Below are positions 38,377-53,313 of a DNA stretch of 64,000 nucleotides, in pieces (the first letter of the stretch is position 1; each line of letters opens with the position of its first letter). The notes under the pieces are model-generated. The model saw nothing but the letters and a program-made list of their open reading frames with translations. It made no database searches and had not been told where the DNA came from. The stretch lies in the NCBI GenBank assembly GCA_051294375.1, contig CM119270.1:21233775-21297774 (forward strand), given 5' to 3'. The stretch is from Paraspadella gotoi. Taxonomy: Eukaryota; Animalia; Chaetognatha. Made by a program: the position numbers and the translations under genes.

Positions 38377-40456
38377 TCAACTTCGGATACAATCGAGACA
38401 ACCGCCGAGTCAAGCAATCGCGGCCGAAGGCGCCGGTGGCGCCAAAAAAAACTGAGAACGTAGTCCGGGAACTGGCAGCGGCGTCGATCTCGTCTGCTGG
38501 AGCGGCGAATTCCTCAGGATCAGTGAGGGGAGTGGAAAGGAGCTCCTTACCGTCGCCCGGTGAAGATTACGGGTGAAGACAGAAAACCCCGTGAACCGAA
38601 GATTAGCGCCCCCACGATTTCCCCGCGTGAAAGAAGAGCGGACGATCTCCGGGACGCCAAGATGTGCCTCTCTCTCTCTTTCCCTTCTCTCTTCTTCCTC
38701 TTCCTCCCCTCTTTCTTCCTCCTCCTTCCGTTCGCGTCTCACCTATATATAATATCTTCCGCCCTCTCTCTCCTCTCTCTCCTCCTCTTTCTTCCGTTCC
38801 CCAAACTTCCAAGTTCGTCGACTCTTCCTCGTCTCCTCTCCTGCAGCTCTCCGCAGCCGCCGCAGCCACCCCGTCCTTTGCTTTCCACGCGCCTCTTCCA
38901 CTGGGGTTGTACGCCGTTGGCGTACGGCGTGACGGTCTCGATTTCTGGACGATTCTTCTTCCGGGTCACGTGACGGTGGATTTTGATGCGAAGAAAGATG
39001 TTTCAGTGACGAGGCGGTCCAAAATCGGCGGTTGTTCGCGCCTGTGACGCGGGAAGGCCGGCGCGGAAGCGGCGGAAGCCGGCGGAAGCGGCGGAAGCGC
39101 GGAGGCGAACGGCCCAGAGGAACCATCGCGTCCGGAGCCGCTTTTGAGATTCCCTTCGGCCCGTTTTGACGTCAGTCGTTTCGACGCCGTCAAACATTTA
39201 GCGGCGGCCGGCCGGCGGCGGCGTGAACCAAGATCTTGCCGCTTCTGTTCTCGGACAAGGAACCCGGAACCGAAAGTGGATTGCTCAACGCGTTCAGACA
39301 TTTCGTTACAGTTTGGATCGAGACTTCGACTGACTTCGGAGATGGAATACAGGGTGGTTTGCGAAAAGAGATTTAAAGGGAAGTATTTGCGCTGTTGATT
39401 TTTTGTGGGTTGCACAAAGTTTTTTAAAGTGATAAATGTCTAATATAAAGTCTAAAATATATTGATAATTGATAATTATAAATTTTAGTGAACAGAGATA
39501 TGTTAGTTTTTTAAACATTAAATTTTTTTCCCTTTTTTTTAAAATATATATATTGTTTGAACGACTACCTTTCGAAATGTTTTAACGTAAAAAGCTTTTC
39601 ATTTTTCGTGTATATAATTTTAGCTCCACAATATTTTTAGTCACAATTATTTTATTTATCCTATGCACGTTTGTTTTTGGTTAAAACAACCCCAAAGGAA
39701 TATTCTTTTCTTTTCTTTTAAATATCGAATAACAGATACTTGTGACTTTAACAGCAACGAAGGAAAGTAGGCCGATTTTGGATTTTCACTTCCTTCCTGA
39801 TTCGCTTTAGCACGAGGACAAACGCTGTATTACTTCGTTAAAACAAAAATGTAACCGCGAACCGAAGGGGAAGGAAAATGATGTCTGTTTTCATGATCTT
39901 GTTTTTTTTACTACGATCCCAATACGAATTCTCGGTGATAATATGCATGTAAAATCTTACATTACAGGGTTTCACTATCTAATCAATATCTAATTGTTTA
40001 ACGTATTTAAAATTTTGTTATAACGGTGCTAATATCATAAATTTTAAAATCATTAAAAGAAAAAGCGAAAGCTCAACTCTTTTTCTATTATCATTTTCTT
40101 TCCATTAAGTAATAACAGGGCATTTCAACATGAAACCAACGTCCGGTAATGGTTCTAACATCAAGCCTTAAAAAAATGAGTAAGGCTTTGTTTTTCAAAT
40201 TTAAAAATAAACTAGTTACTTGAATACAAAATCTTCTTCACACGAGGCTGACCGCAGATGTCTATTGAGACCAGATAAGGTTGAATTTAAATTTGTTAAA
40301 ATAGTTAATAATTAAAAAAAAAAAGTAGAAAGCTCCTTGCTGAAAATGTATAATTAAATCTCTATGGTAGCTAACGCAATTGTTAATTGTTAACCAAATA
40401 AAATCACAAAATTTTAGATTTTTTCAAACGGACTCATATACTCGCCTCCTTCACTG

Positions 40457-40532
<76 letters not shown>

Positions 40533-43500
40533 GAAATACTTGTCTGTCACGTGCATCAGCCTTTAATCTTTTGTCGCAAACATAAAAGGAATATGATGTG
40601 GTTTATTTCGGATGCAGTATCTTATCTCTGTCTATATAAGTCACCTTTCGGTCGGTCAGTCCGCTATGTCTGACCCCTAGGGTCGGTCACACTTACATTA
40701 AAATATGCCCACATTTTTTTGTTTTATTTTTTTATTCAGGAAAGCTTGTCCGAGGTACAAATAATCGCAAGAAAAATATACACATTTAACGAGAGTTTAA
40801 AAAATGAGAAAATAAATATCAGAGGATAAGAAAAATTTCTTTTCAACGAACGAATTCCTAGATCCTGCTTAATTGTGTACAAAGCGCTAAGTGGGGCCGA
40901 ATGATACTATCCGCCAACTTCTTTAAACGCCTCTCGCAGCCATGGAATGGGTCCTGGGCTGATCCAGGCTAGAGGGTTTTCCACGCCCCAGGTGGTTTTA
41001 TGCCGACATCACGATCCCGCATGGGAAGGTACCGAGTTGGTTTGACCCGGTCTTGTGGTCAATGTCAAACCCACGTTTGTGGCCAATGGCAGGGTTCATG
41101 AACTTACTTTACTCAATGAGCACCGGTAAAAACTAAAAGTGTTTTTTTCACCCCCCCCCCCCCCCCCCCCCCCCCCTGCTTGAACTTAGGCAATGCCCGA
41201 CTACAAATTATTCAGGTATAACCTTGAAGGTTAAAAATTTAAACCAATTAATCGTAAAGGTATTGGCAGATTACTTAATAAAACTAATCTTACTAATAAT
41301 TTTTGCCAGAAAATAAGGGTATTTATTTATCGCTAAAGTACTCGGGTAACAATGACTTTTTTCAATTCAAATCTCCGCCTCAGAAATTCTAAAAACTATA
41401 AAAGAATAAAAGGCGGGAATTCCGAGCAATGCGTTGTCAATAAATACAAATTACAATATATAAATACGTTAGGTTATTTCATAAAATTCCTAAGGAAAGA
41501 AAGTTCACTGCAAGGCGCAACACATTGGATGGACCGATCTTGTGAAAGATATGTCGAAAATGAACGAAATACTCGGCGATAACAAAAGTCACTTGTGGCG
41601 CAACACAGATATTATATTTTTCCGTTCATGTTTCTCCTTTTTTTTTTTTTGACAGATTCTGTTGAACATTTATTAGCCTCAAATCGTTTTTTATTTTTGT
41701 TTCATCTAACTCTACTGTTATTTTCTCTCTCTCTATGTCTCTCTTCTCTTCTCTCTTCCTCTCTTCTACTTATTTCATCTCTATTTTCTCTGCTATCCTG
41801 CTCTTCTCTTTGTTATTGTTTATGTTTTTCTCTTTTTATTTTGGTTTAAATCTTACTTTCATTAGGCACATATTAGTACGCACATAAAAAAAGAAGAGAG
41901 AGAGAGAGAGAGAGAGATGCATTGACCAGTCAGCAATCAGAGATTGCAAAAGGATCACAATTCTCATCAACGACTTTTCAATAGAATCTACAACATCAAG
42001 TGGATTCAGGCGCCAGCAAATCTCGTTCCACTTGTGCCGATTGCAATTTGCAATTGTATTCTGCAGCTCGAACCAAGTGCGGCGTGAATGGCCGACGCCA
42101 ACCAGTGACGCCATCCATTGCTTCCTGCAACGTTGCAATGACTGTGGGAGGGTTCAGACGCTGCCACCGCCGGCCACCACCTCCACCGCCGCCGCCAGCG
42201 CCACCGCTCCACGCCACTCGCCTGCCAGCGCCACCACCTCCACCGCCACCGCCAGGTTGCCTTCAAAACCGATCTCGCAAATTTTAGTTTATAAATTATT
42301 CAGTTTTTTTTTTTATATATAAAAAAAAAAATATATTCAAACGAAAAAAAAGAAGAAATTTCTAGAAGTAAAATTAAAATGAGTTAAAATATCTTAACCT
42401 TTAAGTTAAAATTTGAGCTATTTAAATAACGCTTCCTTAAAAGATCGAGAGTACATATATGACGAATGTTATTTCATATTTTTTCAATTAAAGTCACGAA
42501 AACATTTGAGTGTTTTATGTCTTATATATACTGTTTTTTATTTATACTTCGTCGAGAAAGAAAGAAGAGCTCAAGGGGAAAAAATACCAAGACTTGAGAG
42601 ACGAAATAGTCGTTTTGAGAAAGAGAGGACGGAGACAAGCCTGATAGAGACAGAGTCGTCCCCGGGTTTTTATGCCTCCGATTCTTTTATTCCTTTTGTA
42701 TTTATGCAAAAATTGCTTTCGCGTCACACGACAAGATCGTAAATGCGATTTCTCGTTTGGAAATTACTACGGGGAGGAACACACTCCGAGCAGGATATAA
42801 CAAACCTTCGAGATCGTTATAACGGAAAGAATAGAGAAAATACTCTGTTTCACCGTTCTCCAAAAGAAATACGAACACAGATATTCACACAGCATAATAT
42901 TTTAGCGAATTTGCGAAGAATGTCAGTTTCGTTTTAATAATAAAAGCCAAATCACAACTATACTGGTTTCCCTGTTTCTACCGGGAAAATAATTTCCAGA
43001 AGCGGAATTACATGAAAGTAGATTCACGGACACAAAGCTTCTTCGTGTTTCGTCACGCCTTACTTGTTATTTCCACTTTGGTGTCACCAGCTCACTCTCA
43101 CCTCACTTATCTCAATTTAATCTCACTTTACCCTAACTTTCCATTCGTCGCACATTCACCTCCAACCTCACTTCTCTCCCTTTATCTCAACTTTCTTCTC
43201 ACCTTACCGCAATTCCACTTATAAAAGTTGTACGAGCAATAAAAAATTACCATTCATTTAATAAATAAGCTATCTTGCTCTTGACTTTGGAACAGGCTTT
43301 GGCTGGCTTAATGGCCTCCTATCACTCTTACAATAATGACATAGCAGGTGCCTGCAAGCCTTTTCAAATCAAGACTCTCTCACAATCTAGTTTAATTCAC
43401 TTGTGCAAAGTACTATTTGCTTATTTGTATTAATGCTAGCTTGAATAATAATTTATTAAACTGGTTTTAATGATACCTGACCTTCCATTTTTCGCCTCAC

Positions 43501-43631
43501 CTGATTACTCACCCACCTCTCTTGAGTACTTCACACCGGAGTTGAACCCGCCGGATGAAAAAGGGCCGACTAAAAATAAAAGGAGTTAATTGATGGTAAG
43601 TCGGCTTAAAACCAGAACCGACGAGAGAGAG

Positions 43632-43664
<33 letters not shown>

Positions 43665-46422
43665 GAGAGAGAGATAGAGAGAGTAAATAGCATTTCTCTG
43701 TCTTCGAACTATATCTGAAAAACAAACAACTAGTTGCGCATCACAGAGAAAGAGAAGAAGAGAGAGAGAGAGAGAGAGAGAGAAGAGGAGAGAGGATGAG
43801 AAGAGAAGAGGGAGAGTAGGGAATGCGCTATTTTCGTTCGACAGCAAGAAATCACAAGGATTTTCTTCGATTGTACAGGAAGAAAGCACGCATGAGATTA
43901 TTCATGAGAACGGCGGTATGGAGATGACTTTCCTTTCCTCGAATAACAGAATGACCCGATAACGGCTACAGAAAGAAATCCCACGCGCAAATTTTAAATA
44001 ACGAGTTTAAAAACCAAATAAAAAAATGGTAAAAAGTGGGAATAGAAACTTTTTCGAAAGACTTCTTTGAGCGTAAGGTCAAAATGGTTAAAAAACTATC
44101 GAAATAACCTATATTCAATATATAAAAATTTTCATGCCAAAAAATTAATTTAAAAAAGATTATATCTTATATGATCGTAATTAGATTTACAGTTAAAATC
44201 GCCTTTTCTTTTCTGCACTTTTGATTCGGAATGCACTTCAAAACGTCATAATACCGATTTTTTTTCCTTCTTTTTATTCAAAAATCCATGAAAGATATAT
44301 ATTACTTCTCTTGACGCCGGAAATTAATTCCCTTCTTTGATTTAAAACCGGAAATGGTTCCGCCAGAGACAGCGGCGACGAGCATGTTCGGAAGTCGAGG
44401 AAGTATCGTTGGTTCGAAGTGCGGGTTTGAACCTACACGACCGCATGGGATTCTTCTTTACTCAGAATAGGAGACAGATGCTGAGCTTCGAGTTGTCACT
44501 ATTTACGTATACTTCATGAGTCAGAGCTCGCTTTTTATTAGTTTAATACAAAGCATAAAAAACTCAATCTTTGACCACGAAGTAAAATTTTAGACGAATC
44601 ATCAACAATAAAAGTGATATAATCTCGAGCTTAAAGACTTGCAACGGCTGAATAAGCGTTTTGGCGAATGGAGTTTTGTGCGTGGGAATACCGGTGTGCA
44701 ATCTGCCAATTGCAATCGTGCAATTTCTCGGATGATAAACGACAATGTGATCCCGAATCCTCTTTTTGCTTGGAATAATAGACTTATACCAGAACAAATT
44801 GCACAAAAGAGACCCTGCCGGGACCCCTACTCACATTTTATTCATTCGTCTATTGCAATTGCAACTGTAGCATCAACGATATGTAATTGAATCTGCCGCA
44901 TCAACGTTTGCTTAGTGCAACTGTAGCATCAACGATTGTAAATGAATTTGCAAGCATCAACGTTTGCTATTGCAACTGTAGCATCAACGCATTGTTTATG
45001 ATCTGCCAGCATCAACCTGTTTGCTATTGCAACTGTAGCATCAACGATGCCTCAATGAATCTGCAGCATCAAACGTTTTGCAATTGCAACGTGTAGCATC
45101 AACGATTGTAATGAATCTGCCTAGCATCAACGTTGCTATTGCAACTGTAGCGAATGCAACGATTTGTAAATGACATTTTGCTGCTATCAAACGTTTGCTA
45201 TTCAACTGTTAGCATCAACGATTGTTATTGAATCTTGCAGCATCAATGTTTGCTGATTGCAATCTGTAGCATCAACGATTGTAATTGAACTGTCCTGCGT
45301 AAAGCATCAACGTTTGCTATATGCAATCTGTAGCATAATACGTTTGCAATATTGCGAACTGTATGTCTACATACTACCATCTGTAATTTAAATCTGTCAG
45401 CCATTCAACGTTGATTGTAATTGTAACTGTAGAATTTCAACGATTAGCTGAATTAATCATCTGCAGCATCAACGTTTGTAATTGCAACTGTAGAATCAAA
45501 GCTTGTAATTGCAACCGCATCATAAACGCATTGCAATTGTAACTGCAGCATCAACGATTGGCGATTGCAACTGCAGCATCAACGATTTTCCGAAAATGAG
45601 TCACGGACAACGAATACCATGATTCATATTCTCTGCAAGAGAAAAGTGACGCGCGAAGCCACTGAAAAAGAGAACGATTGAAAATCGTCGTTATCGTCGT
45701 CGTTCGTCGTCACCATCATACCATCATCATCATCATTCATATCATCTTCATCATCATCATCATCATCATTCATCATCATTAATATTATTATTATCCAGGT
45801 CCAGCAATCACTCTTCACTCTTCACAAAACAGTTACTCCGATAATTCATAGAAACACGCGTGTAGGTAGACATCGTTCGACGCTTCTTTCTTTTCGTTGT
45901 GTTTATATAAATTAAGAAAAAACGATTTATTTAAATGCAGGGTAAATTTTTGGAAGTGAATGCAAAAGTAATAAGAAGCTATTAAAAATGATATCATAGA
46001 AATTAATGAATAGAAAAGAGAGTAAATTGTAGGAGTGAATAAAATAAGACAAAAACAATGAATTAAGATAATTAGATGTAATAATAGAATAGGATAAAAT
46101 CGAAAATAAAAAAATCCGCCAGAGGAAAAAAGGACTTTTCTTCTCGCGACAGAAAGGAGAATCTAATCCAAACCAAAAGTACACAAGACGGAATAAACAA
46201 CGGATGATGAAGATGACGACAAGACGATGACGACGACGAAGACAACGACGACAAAGCTCCAGGATGTTTTCTCTCTCAATTCTGAATCAAAATACAAAAG
46301 AAAAGAAAGACAAGGAAAAAAGTTAACCTGTTTATTTTTTCGATGCGCAAATAAAGGTTGTCAACTAATAATCCAATCTTGGATTATCTCTATCTCTTCT
46401 CTCTCTCGTCTCATCTCTCTCG

Positions 46423-46462
<40 letters not shown>

Positions 46463-46614
46463 TCTCTCGTCTGCTATTTCGATTGCTTTTTCAATTTCTT
46501 AGACATGTTTGGCCGATTAATTGTTATTCTCCGGAGTTTCTTATGCTGCTCCACATTTTCTTTGTTCGCCTCTCTCTCTCTCTCACTCTCTCTCTCTCTC
46601 TCTCTCTTCTCGAT

Positions 46615-46679
<65 letters not shown>

Positions 46680-46939
46680 TTTATCTTTCTACTTTCTCTC
46701 GCTTTCTTTGCTTCATGAAAAAAAATCTTTCCATCAAATCTTTGCCAATATTCTCAATGCAACACTGTTTTACTTTCTTCACTCATCTCTCTCTCTGTCT
46801 CTCTCTCTTTATCCCCCCCCTTCTCTCTCTCTCTCAATCACCAGGATGCCCCCTCGGGTTATCGGGGCCGCGACGCCCCTCTGAGGCTCTCGTCTAATCT
46901 TTTCAATGCTTCATCGCCAGTCAGGCTTTCAAAGGGATC

Positions 46940-46975
<36 letters not shown>

Positions 46976-47073
46976 NNNNNNNNNNNNNNNNNNNNNNNNN
47001 NNNNNNNNNNNNNNNNNNNNNNNNNNNNNNNNNNNNNNNNNNNNNNNNNNNNNNNNNNNNNNNNNNNNNNNNN

Positions 47074-47104
<31 letters not shown>

Positions 47105-47765
47105 AAGAGAGTCTTGAGAACAAAGAGTTTTTACCCGAGATTTTAAACCTCTCAAACTAAGGGGCCTTATATCTCTGTCTCACTTTCCTTTCTGTCTCTG
47201 ACTGTTTATTTCTATTCTACTACAAAGAGATAGTTATATATGGGATAGTTCGATATGGGAAATTTAGATCGAAGCTTCATCCAAAATGATAAACAAAAAA
47301 AATAGTCCTAAAATTAAAAAAAAAACGGAAATTGACGAATTTGTTTTTCGCCCTAATATGAGGTCACGTTTAACCTCATCTCTCGGGTCCCTTATCATCT
47401 CGCGGTCTATCTCTCCTTCATGTATTCTCTCTCTCTCCCTCTCAATGATGACAATCTCTCTTCCCTATCGCTTTCTCATCGTCTCTCTCTCCTTTCTATC
47501 TCGTTCTCTTCTCTGGGGCCTCACTCTCTCCTCACGCTCTCTCATCATCTCTCTCAGGCTCTCTCACCAACCATTCTCCCACTCAAGCTAGCGACGATCC
47601 TTCAGTCCTTCTGTCCTCTGTCTCTCTCCTCTTAGACTCTCAGACTCCGTGTCTTTTGTTCAATATAAGCTACTCTCAACTTCTCTCTCTTCAAAGTAAA
47701 CAATTCCTGTCGGTGACCTCGAAAAGCCATCTGAGCCTAAAATGAACTTTGGAGAGAGCAGATAG

Positions 47766-47805
<40 letters not shown>

Positions 47806-48002
47806 AGAGAGAGAGAAGAAGACAAATATTGTGAAAAAAATTGATAGAAGGCAAGCAACAGTTAAGAAAGAAAGAAAGAAAGAAAGAAAAGAGGAAAGAA
47901 AAGAGAAAAGAAAAGAAAAAAAAGAAAGAAAGAAAGAAGAGAGAAAAAAGAAAGAAAGAAAGAAAGAGAAAAAGAAAAAACGAAAGAAAGAAAAGAAAAG
48001 AA

Positions 48003-48046
<44 letters not shown>

Positions 48047-50339
48047 AGAAAAGAAAAAAGTTAACATGTTCGCAAAGAAAGCGAACTTTACAAAAAAAGT
48101 GTATATTATAAAGAAGAAATAAAAAATAAACAAACCAAAAAAGTTACTAAACAAACAAACAAACACATATATAAGACATCCATCCTCTCGTTCAACTAAA
48201 AAGGTCAAAGTTCTTTCTTCCTAAAAATCCTTTCCTCATTTTTAATGATCCCAAGATTTTAGGAGAAACACCCGCTGTTTTCTCTTTTCTCTGTTTTCTC
48301 TTTTTTCTCTCTTTTCTCTGTTTTCTCTTTTCTCTGTTTTCTCTCTTTTCTCTTTTCTCTGTTTTCTCTGTTTTCTCTTTTCTTTGTTTTCTCTGTTTTA
48401 TCTTTTCTCTGTTTTATCTGTTTTCTCTTTTCTCTGTTTTATCCGTTTTCTCTTTTCTCTTTTTTATCTTTTCTCTGTTTTCTCTGTTTTCTGTTTTCTC
48501 CTTTTTTCTGTGTTTTCTGTTTTCTCTGTTTTCTCTTTTCTCTGTTTTTTCTTTTCTCTGTTAAATAGTTATTAAATTTTCTTAAAATCTTTTTAGAATC
48601 ATTAAACGGAGTTTCAGGAAACGCCTAGAAAATCCAATAGAATGTAGGAAAATGTTTACAAAACTTAATGAGATTTTTAACAATTTTTTTTCCTCAAAAT
48701 TTTAAGAAACTAGAATAAAACGCTTTGAGAATCGGATAAAATTGGGTAAAAAATCGGATAAAATTTGTCAAAACGTGACGTTAAATCGGATAAAATGAGT
48801 GACGACTGGAAGAATGAAGCCTAAAATCCGAAATCCAATATCTTAAGGGGATTAACCTAAAAACGAGGACAGAGATTGATCGATTTCTCTTATTTAATAT
48901 TTAATTAAACTTTTAAATTCAAATTTTTGTCACACACGTTTTTTAGACGTCGTATTTTAATAGGATTATTATGCGTCCACAGATTTTGAAAGTAAAAAAG
49001 GGAAAAAAACATTGGACGAAGAATATGTAAATTAGAATAACGAACGTCTTCGGTGATGTTTGGGTCAAACTTTTAAAATCCCCCTTTCTTAGCTAGAGTA
49101 TATTTTATCCATTGGCTTGTCTGACCCAGCCAATTGCCCCGTCCCATGCTAATCTGACATGCCCGGTCGCCCGTCCCATGCTAGTCCCACAATCCGCCTA
49201 AATCGTCGCATGATTCTTGTCATTTCATTTCAACTTAACCACAAATTTCTCATTTTCTCTCCGAATCGAGAAAGGGCCACGCCTACTCAAGCCATCGCCC
49301 AATCACGAAGCTCATCCCATGAGTCACGAATCACGTGACTTCGCGAGGCGGTTCACTTCAGTGCACAGTTGATCGGCGTTGAGTGAGAAACGGGACGCAG
49401 TTGTTTTGCTGTTAGTTTGAAAGTTTATTAAATAGGAAATTCGAGGTTAAACTTCATAATTGCAAATTTAAGACTTTCTTTTTGTTGCTTTTTAGTTAAA
49501 GAGAAAACAAAGTTTATTTATTATAATCCCGTTGTTTGTAAATCAATAAACTTTGTTTTCACTCTATTGCAATAACAAAAATGTATGGAAACGAAGAAAG
49601 AAATGAAAAAAAAGATATAGAAAAAGAACTAGAAAAAAGGGAAGGTAAAAAAGAAATAAGGAAAGAAAGAAAGAAAGAAAAAAAGAAATAAGGAAGGAAA
49701 GAAAGGAGGGAAAGAAAGAAAGAAGGAATAAAAGAAAGAAGGAAAGAAGGAAGGAAAGAAGGAAGGAAAGAAGGAAAGAAAGAAAGAAGGAAAGAAAGAA
49801 AGAAGGAAGGAAAGAAAGAAGGAAGGAAAGAAAGAAGGAAGAAAAGAAAGAAGGAAGAAAAGAAAGAAGGAAGAAAAGAAAGAAGGAAGAAAAGAAAGAA
49901 GGAAAGAAGGAAATAAAGAAAGAAAGAAAGAAAGAAAGATGGGAAAAGTCGTCTTGACCTTTCGCTTTTTCATTTTCCTGCGTTTTTCTTTCCCTCAATG
50001 GAATTCCATACACGAAACATAAATCATTCATGTTTCATACAAGTTTAAACCAAAAAAGGTTTTAAGCAATTCTTAAAATATATGCATAACTTAATAAGTC
50101 ATTTTTTATATTAAAAATACTTACAAATTTACGTAATATCCGAGATTAAGGATCAATAATCATCAAACTTCGGATGAGAGAAAGTTTTCGTGTCAAAGAA
50201 TTTCCGGTCATGAAATGAAGTGGAAAAAAAATAGGAGAGAATCGAACTGTCTTAGTCTTGGCCTTGAATTAAATAAAGTAAACTAAAATAATTTTTATTA
50301 TATCAAATTATTCACAGATGAATAAAACGCGGAAACAGA
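38377..50339 (+). repeat. ~11.8-kb direct duplicate of 26600-38347 following a 25-N gap (38352-38376), likely false duplication
   Basis: Starts tcaacttc(g)gatacaatcga like 26600 and ends atgaataaaacgcggaaacaga like 38325-38347. It is colinear throughout, with dense 1-bp insertions that frameshift the ORF copy. It includes a 98-N gap (46976-47073) and a duplicate family A element at 40874-41205. Confidence 0.9.
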
Positions 50340-51841
50340 GAAAAGAGAAGAGTATTTTGTGTATAAATATAGTTTAAATTTAAGTTTAAGCGAAGAAATT
50401 ATTATCTATATTCTTATAAAGTACACAATTGTAAATATAAAAGACCTTTACAAATATAATACAATTATAATATTATCTCATAAAATTAGCTTCTTGAAAA
50501 AGTATCTAATCGAGTCTCCGCAGCGAGCGAATCTATTAACATCCCGGCCGCACCTTTGGTCAGTTATAACCGACAGACGCCTTTCGAGAATCATGAACGA
50601 ACTTACCCCAAAATCTCATGAATGAACTTACCTAAAACCTCATATGGAAACTGACCCAAAAATAACAACTGCGCAGAACCGGTAATTGAAATGAAATCCT
50701 AATTCAACCCAGACATTAGAAAAGACATTCTTCTAAAAAGGAACTTGTAAAGAAATAACACAAATAAAAACAACAAAACTAAAATTAAACTTAATTAAAC
50801 TAATCTAAAATAAATTCCTCCCGATGACAAATTGGAAAAGTCTTTGTGTCAGTGTTAGTCATTATTTTTAGTAGTGAAATATTTAAAAAGTATTAATAAA
50901 TAAAATAAAATAAAAAGAGAGAAAAAAAATATCCATTTCACCAAATTGTCCTTTAATTAAAGCTTGAATAATTAAAAAAAAAAAAAAAAAGTAAAAAGAA
51001 CTAATGAACAATTTAGTCGGAAAAGGAAAGTAATTAAACCTCTATTTTTATTTTTTAATATGCAGCTTTTGTGTTTTAGAAAAAACTTAATTGTGCGGAA
51101 AATTTTGAAAAAAAAGGAGGAGGAGGAGGAGGATGAGAGAGGAAGAGAAGGGAAAGAAAGGGAGAGAAAGGAGAGAGAAAGAATAAAGAGGAAAAATAGG
51201 GAAGAGAAGGGAGAGAGAGAGGAAAGATAGGGAAGAGAAGGGAGAGAGAAAGGAGAGATAGGGAAGAGAAGGGAGAGAGAAAGGAGAGATAGGGAAGAGA
51301 AGAAAGAAAAGAGAGACAGGAGGAAGAGTTGATAGAGAGGTGTAAGAAGATAGAAAGATGGGAGAGAGAGGAGAGTGTCAAGAAAAAAGGAGAGAGAAGA
51401 AAGAGTGGAGAAATAGAAGGGGACCCAGTGAAGAGAGAAAGAGACAGTAGAAAGAGAAGGGAAGAGAGTGGAGAAAGACAGAGAGAGTAGAAAGAAGGGG
51501 AGAGAGTGAAGAGAGAAAGAGAGAGTAGAAAGAGAAGGGGAGAGTGTAAAGAGAGAGTAAAAAGAAAGGGTTACGGTTTTGACAAAACGGATTGAATCAA
51601 GATAACAGATTGTTTTGACAGTTTTCTAAAATTAGATTTTCGTTCATGTCTCGAAATCATCTCGCTCTCCCCATCGAATCCGGGAAAAGAAAATTCGTCT
51701 CCTTCTCCCTCTGTGCGTCTTTCAACAGTGGAACAACAGTTTCCGGTCGGCGGATGCTGTTGTCGTTGTTGTTGTAGATGCGTCATCACGGTCGAGCTGG
51801 TTCTGTGGCAGAAGGGGGCAGAAGATCTTCATGGTTGATAT

Positions 51842-51880
<39 letters not shown>

Positions 51881-52537
51881 GGAGAGGCTTGAAACGGCCT
51901 AAACTTTAAAAAGTAGATTGACAAAATGATGGCATGATAGCTTATTTTTTAATTATCTTCATTACTTGTATACTTTTAATGAAGAATTAGTTTAATAACA
52001 GAGTCTGTTCAAAACGACTTTGATTTTGTAAAGAAGATCTAGTAAACCCACTGTGGTCTTCGGACCGAAGTGAGTAGCGTCAGAAATCCTGGTCGATATC
52101 TAAAACCACTGTGATTAGATTCTTAATCTTAAGAAGCAGAGATTCTCTCTGAGCTGAAATCAGCTTTTGTTGTCTGCGGTTTAAACGAAGGGCAGAATTA
52201 TTAACTAATATAACGAGAACGATGTATGATCTATGTTAAAAAACTAGAACAGATTGTACTCTAATCTCCCTGTATTTCCCGAACAAAATTTTAAACAATA
52301 TAATAAATAATGAAATAAAGATAAAATAATAAAAACTTGAACATTAATATTATAAAATATAAAAATAGTGAAACAAGTAATTTGAAAATTTTCATAAATT
52401 GTAACTGAAACTTGTTTGTTTTGATTCCTTTGTTTATTGTTTTGTTTTGTTTTCTTTTCCTCGATAAAACGAGAAGTTTTAACTCGTTGTATTTCGGGGT
52501 TTTTTGCATAGAAGCGTTAAGAACGAAGAGGGTAGGA

Positions 52538-52586
<49 letters not shown>

Positions 52587-52595
52587 GAGAGAAGA

Positions 52596-52645
<50 letters not shown>

Positions 52646-53259
52646 CAGAGAGAGAGAGAGAGAACTGGCGAAAACTCAAAAGTGATAGCGAGATGAAAAA
52701 AAAAAATTTCTGGCTGCGAAAACCTTTTTCCTTTAAAAATTAATTCCTTGGCAGCAAAAAAAAATATAACGATTTTCAATACAACATTTTTTTATAATTG
52801 GGTTTATTTTTTTTTCTACGACATAATGACAATAAAAAAGATTCACATGTATATTCGGTTAAAAAAAAGTAATAATAAAAATTAATATAGATTTTCATGT
52901 GATGACGGGAAGAGGGAAGAGATTAAAAAGTCGAGAATGAAATAAAAATGATGAGAAACAACAAAGGGAATTAAAAAAAGTATATATAACCGGGGGGGGG
53001 GAAATATAACGAATTAATTAAAAAGGTAATTTGTTTGATTGATATATTTTTTGGATATTTTGTATCAATCAATAACAGATACACATGCAACAACTTGGGT
53101 TTTTTTTATTTGAAAAATAATTTTCTTTCAATAACTTTTTTTGTACAGATGAAAATAGAAAATGTGACCAGTTTTTGTTTTTTAATATATATTTTTTTAA
53201 ATGACTGACGAAAAACTGTGATAAAACGAAATAGGAATCACGCGAAACTAGAAGGATAA

Positions 53260-53313
<54 letters not shown>

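Noticed and set aside
38377-39400. Pseudogene of the 26-27.5 kb ORF
   Set aside because: The frameshifts are dense single-base insertions next to a 25-N gap, consistent with uncorrected long-read sequence.
51571-51830. Exon-like GC-richer patch on the minus strand (…THLQQQRQQHPPTGNCCST…)
   Set aside because: No recognisable homology, ambiguous splice sites and no partner exons.
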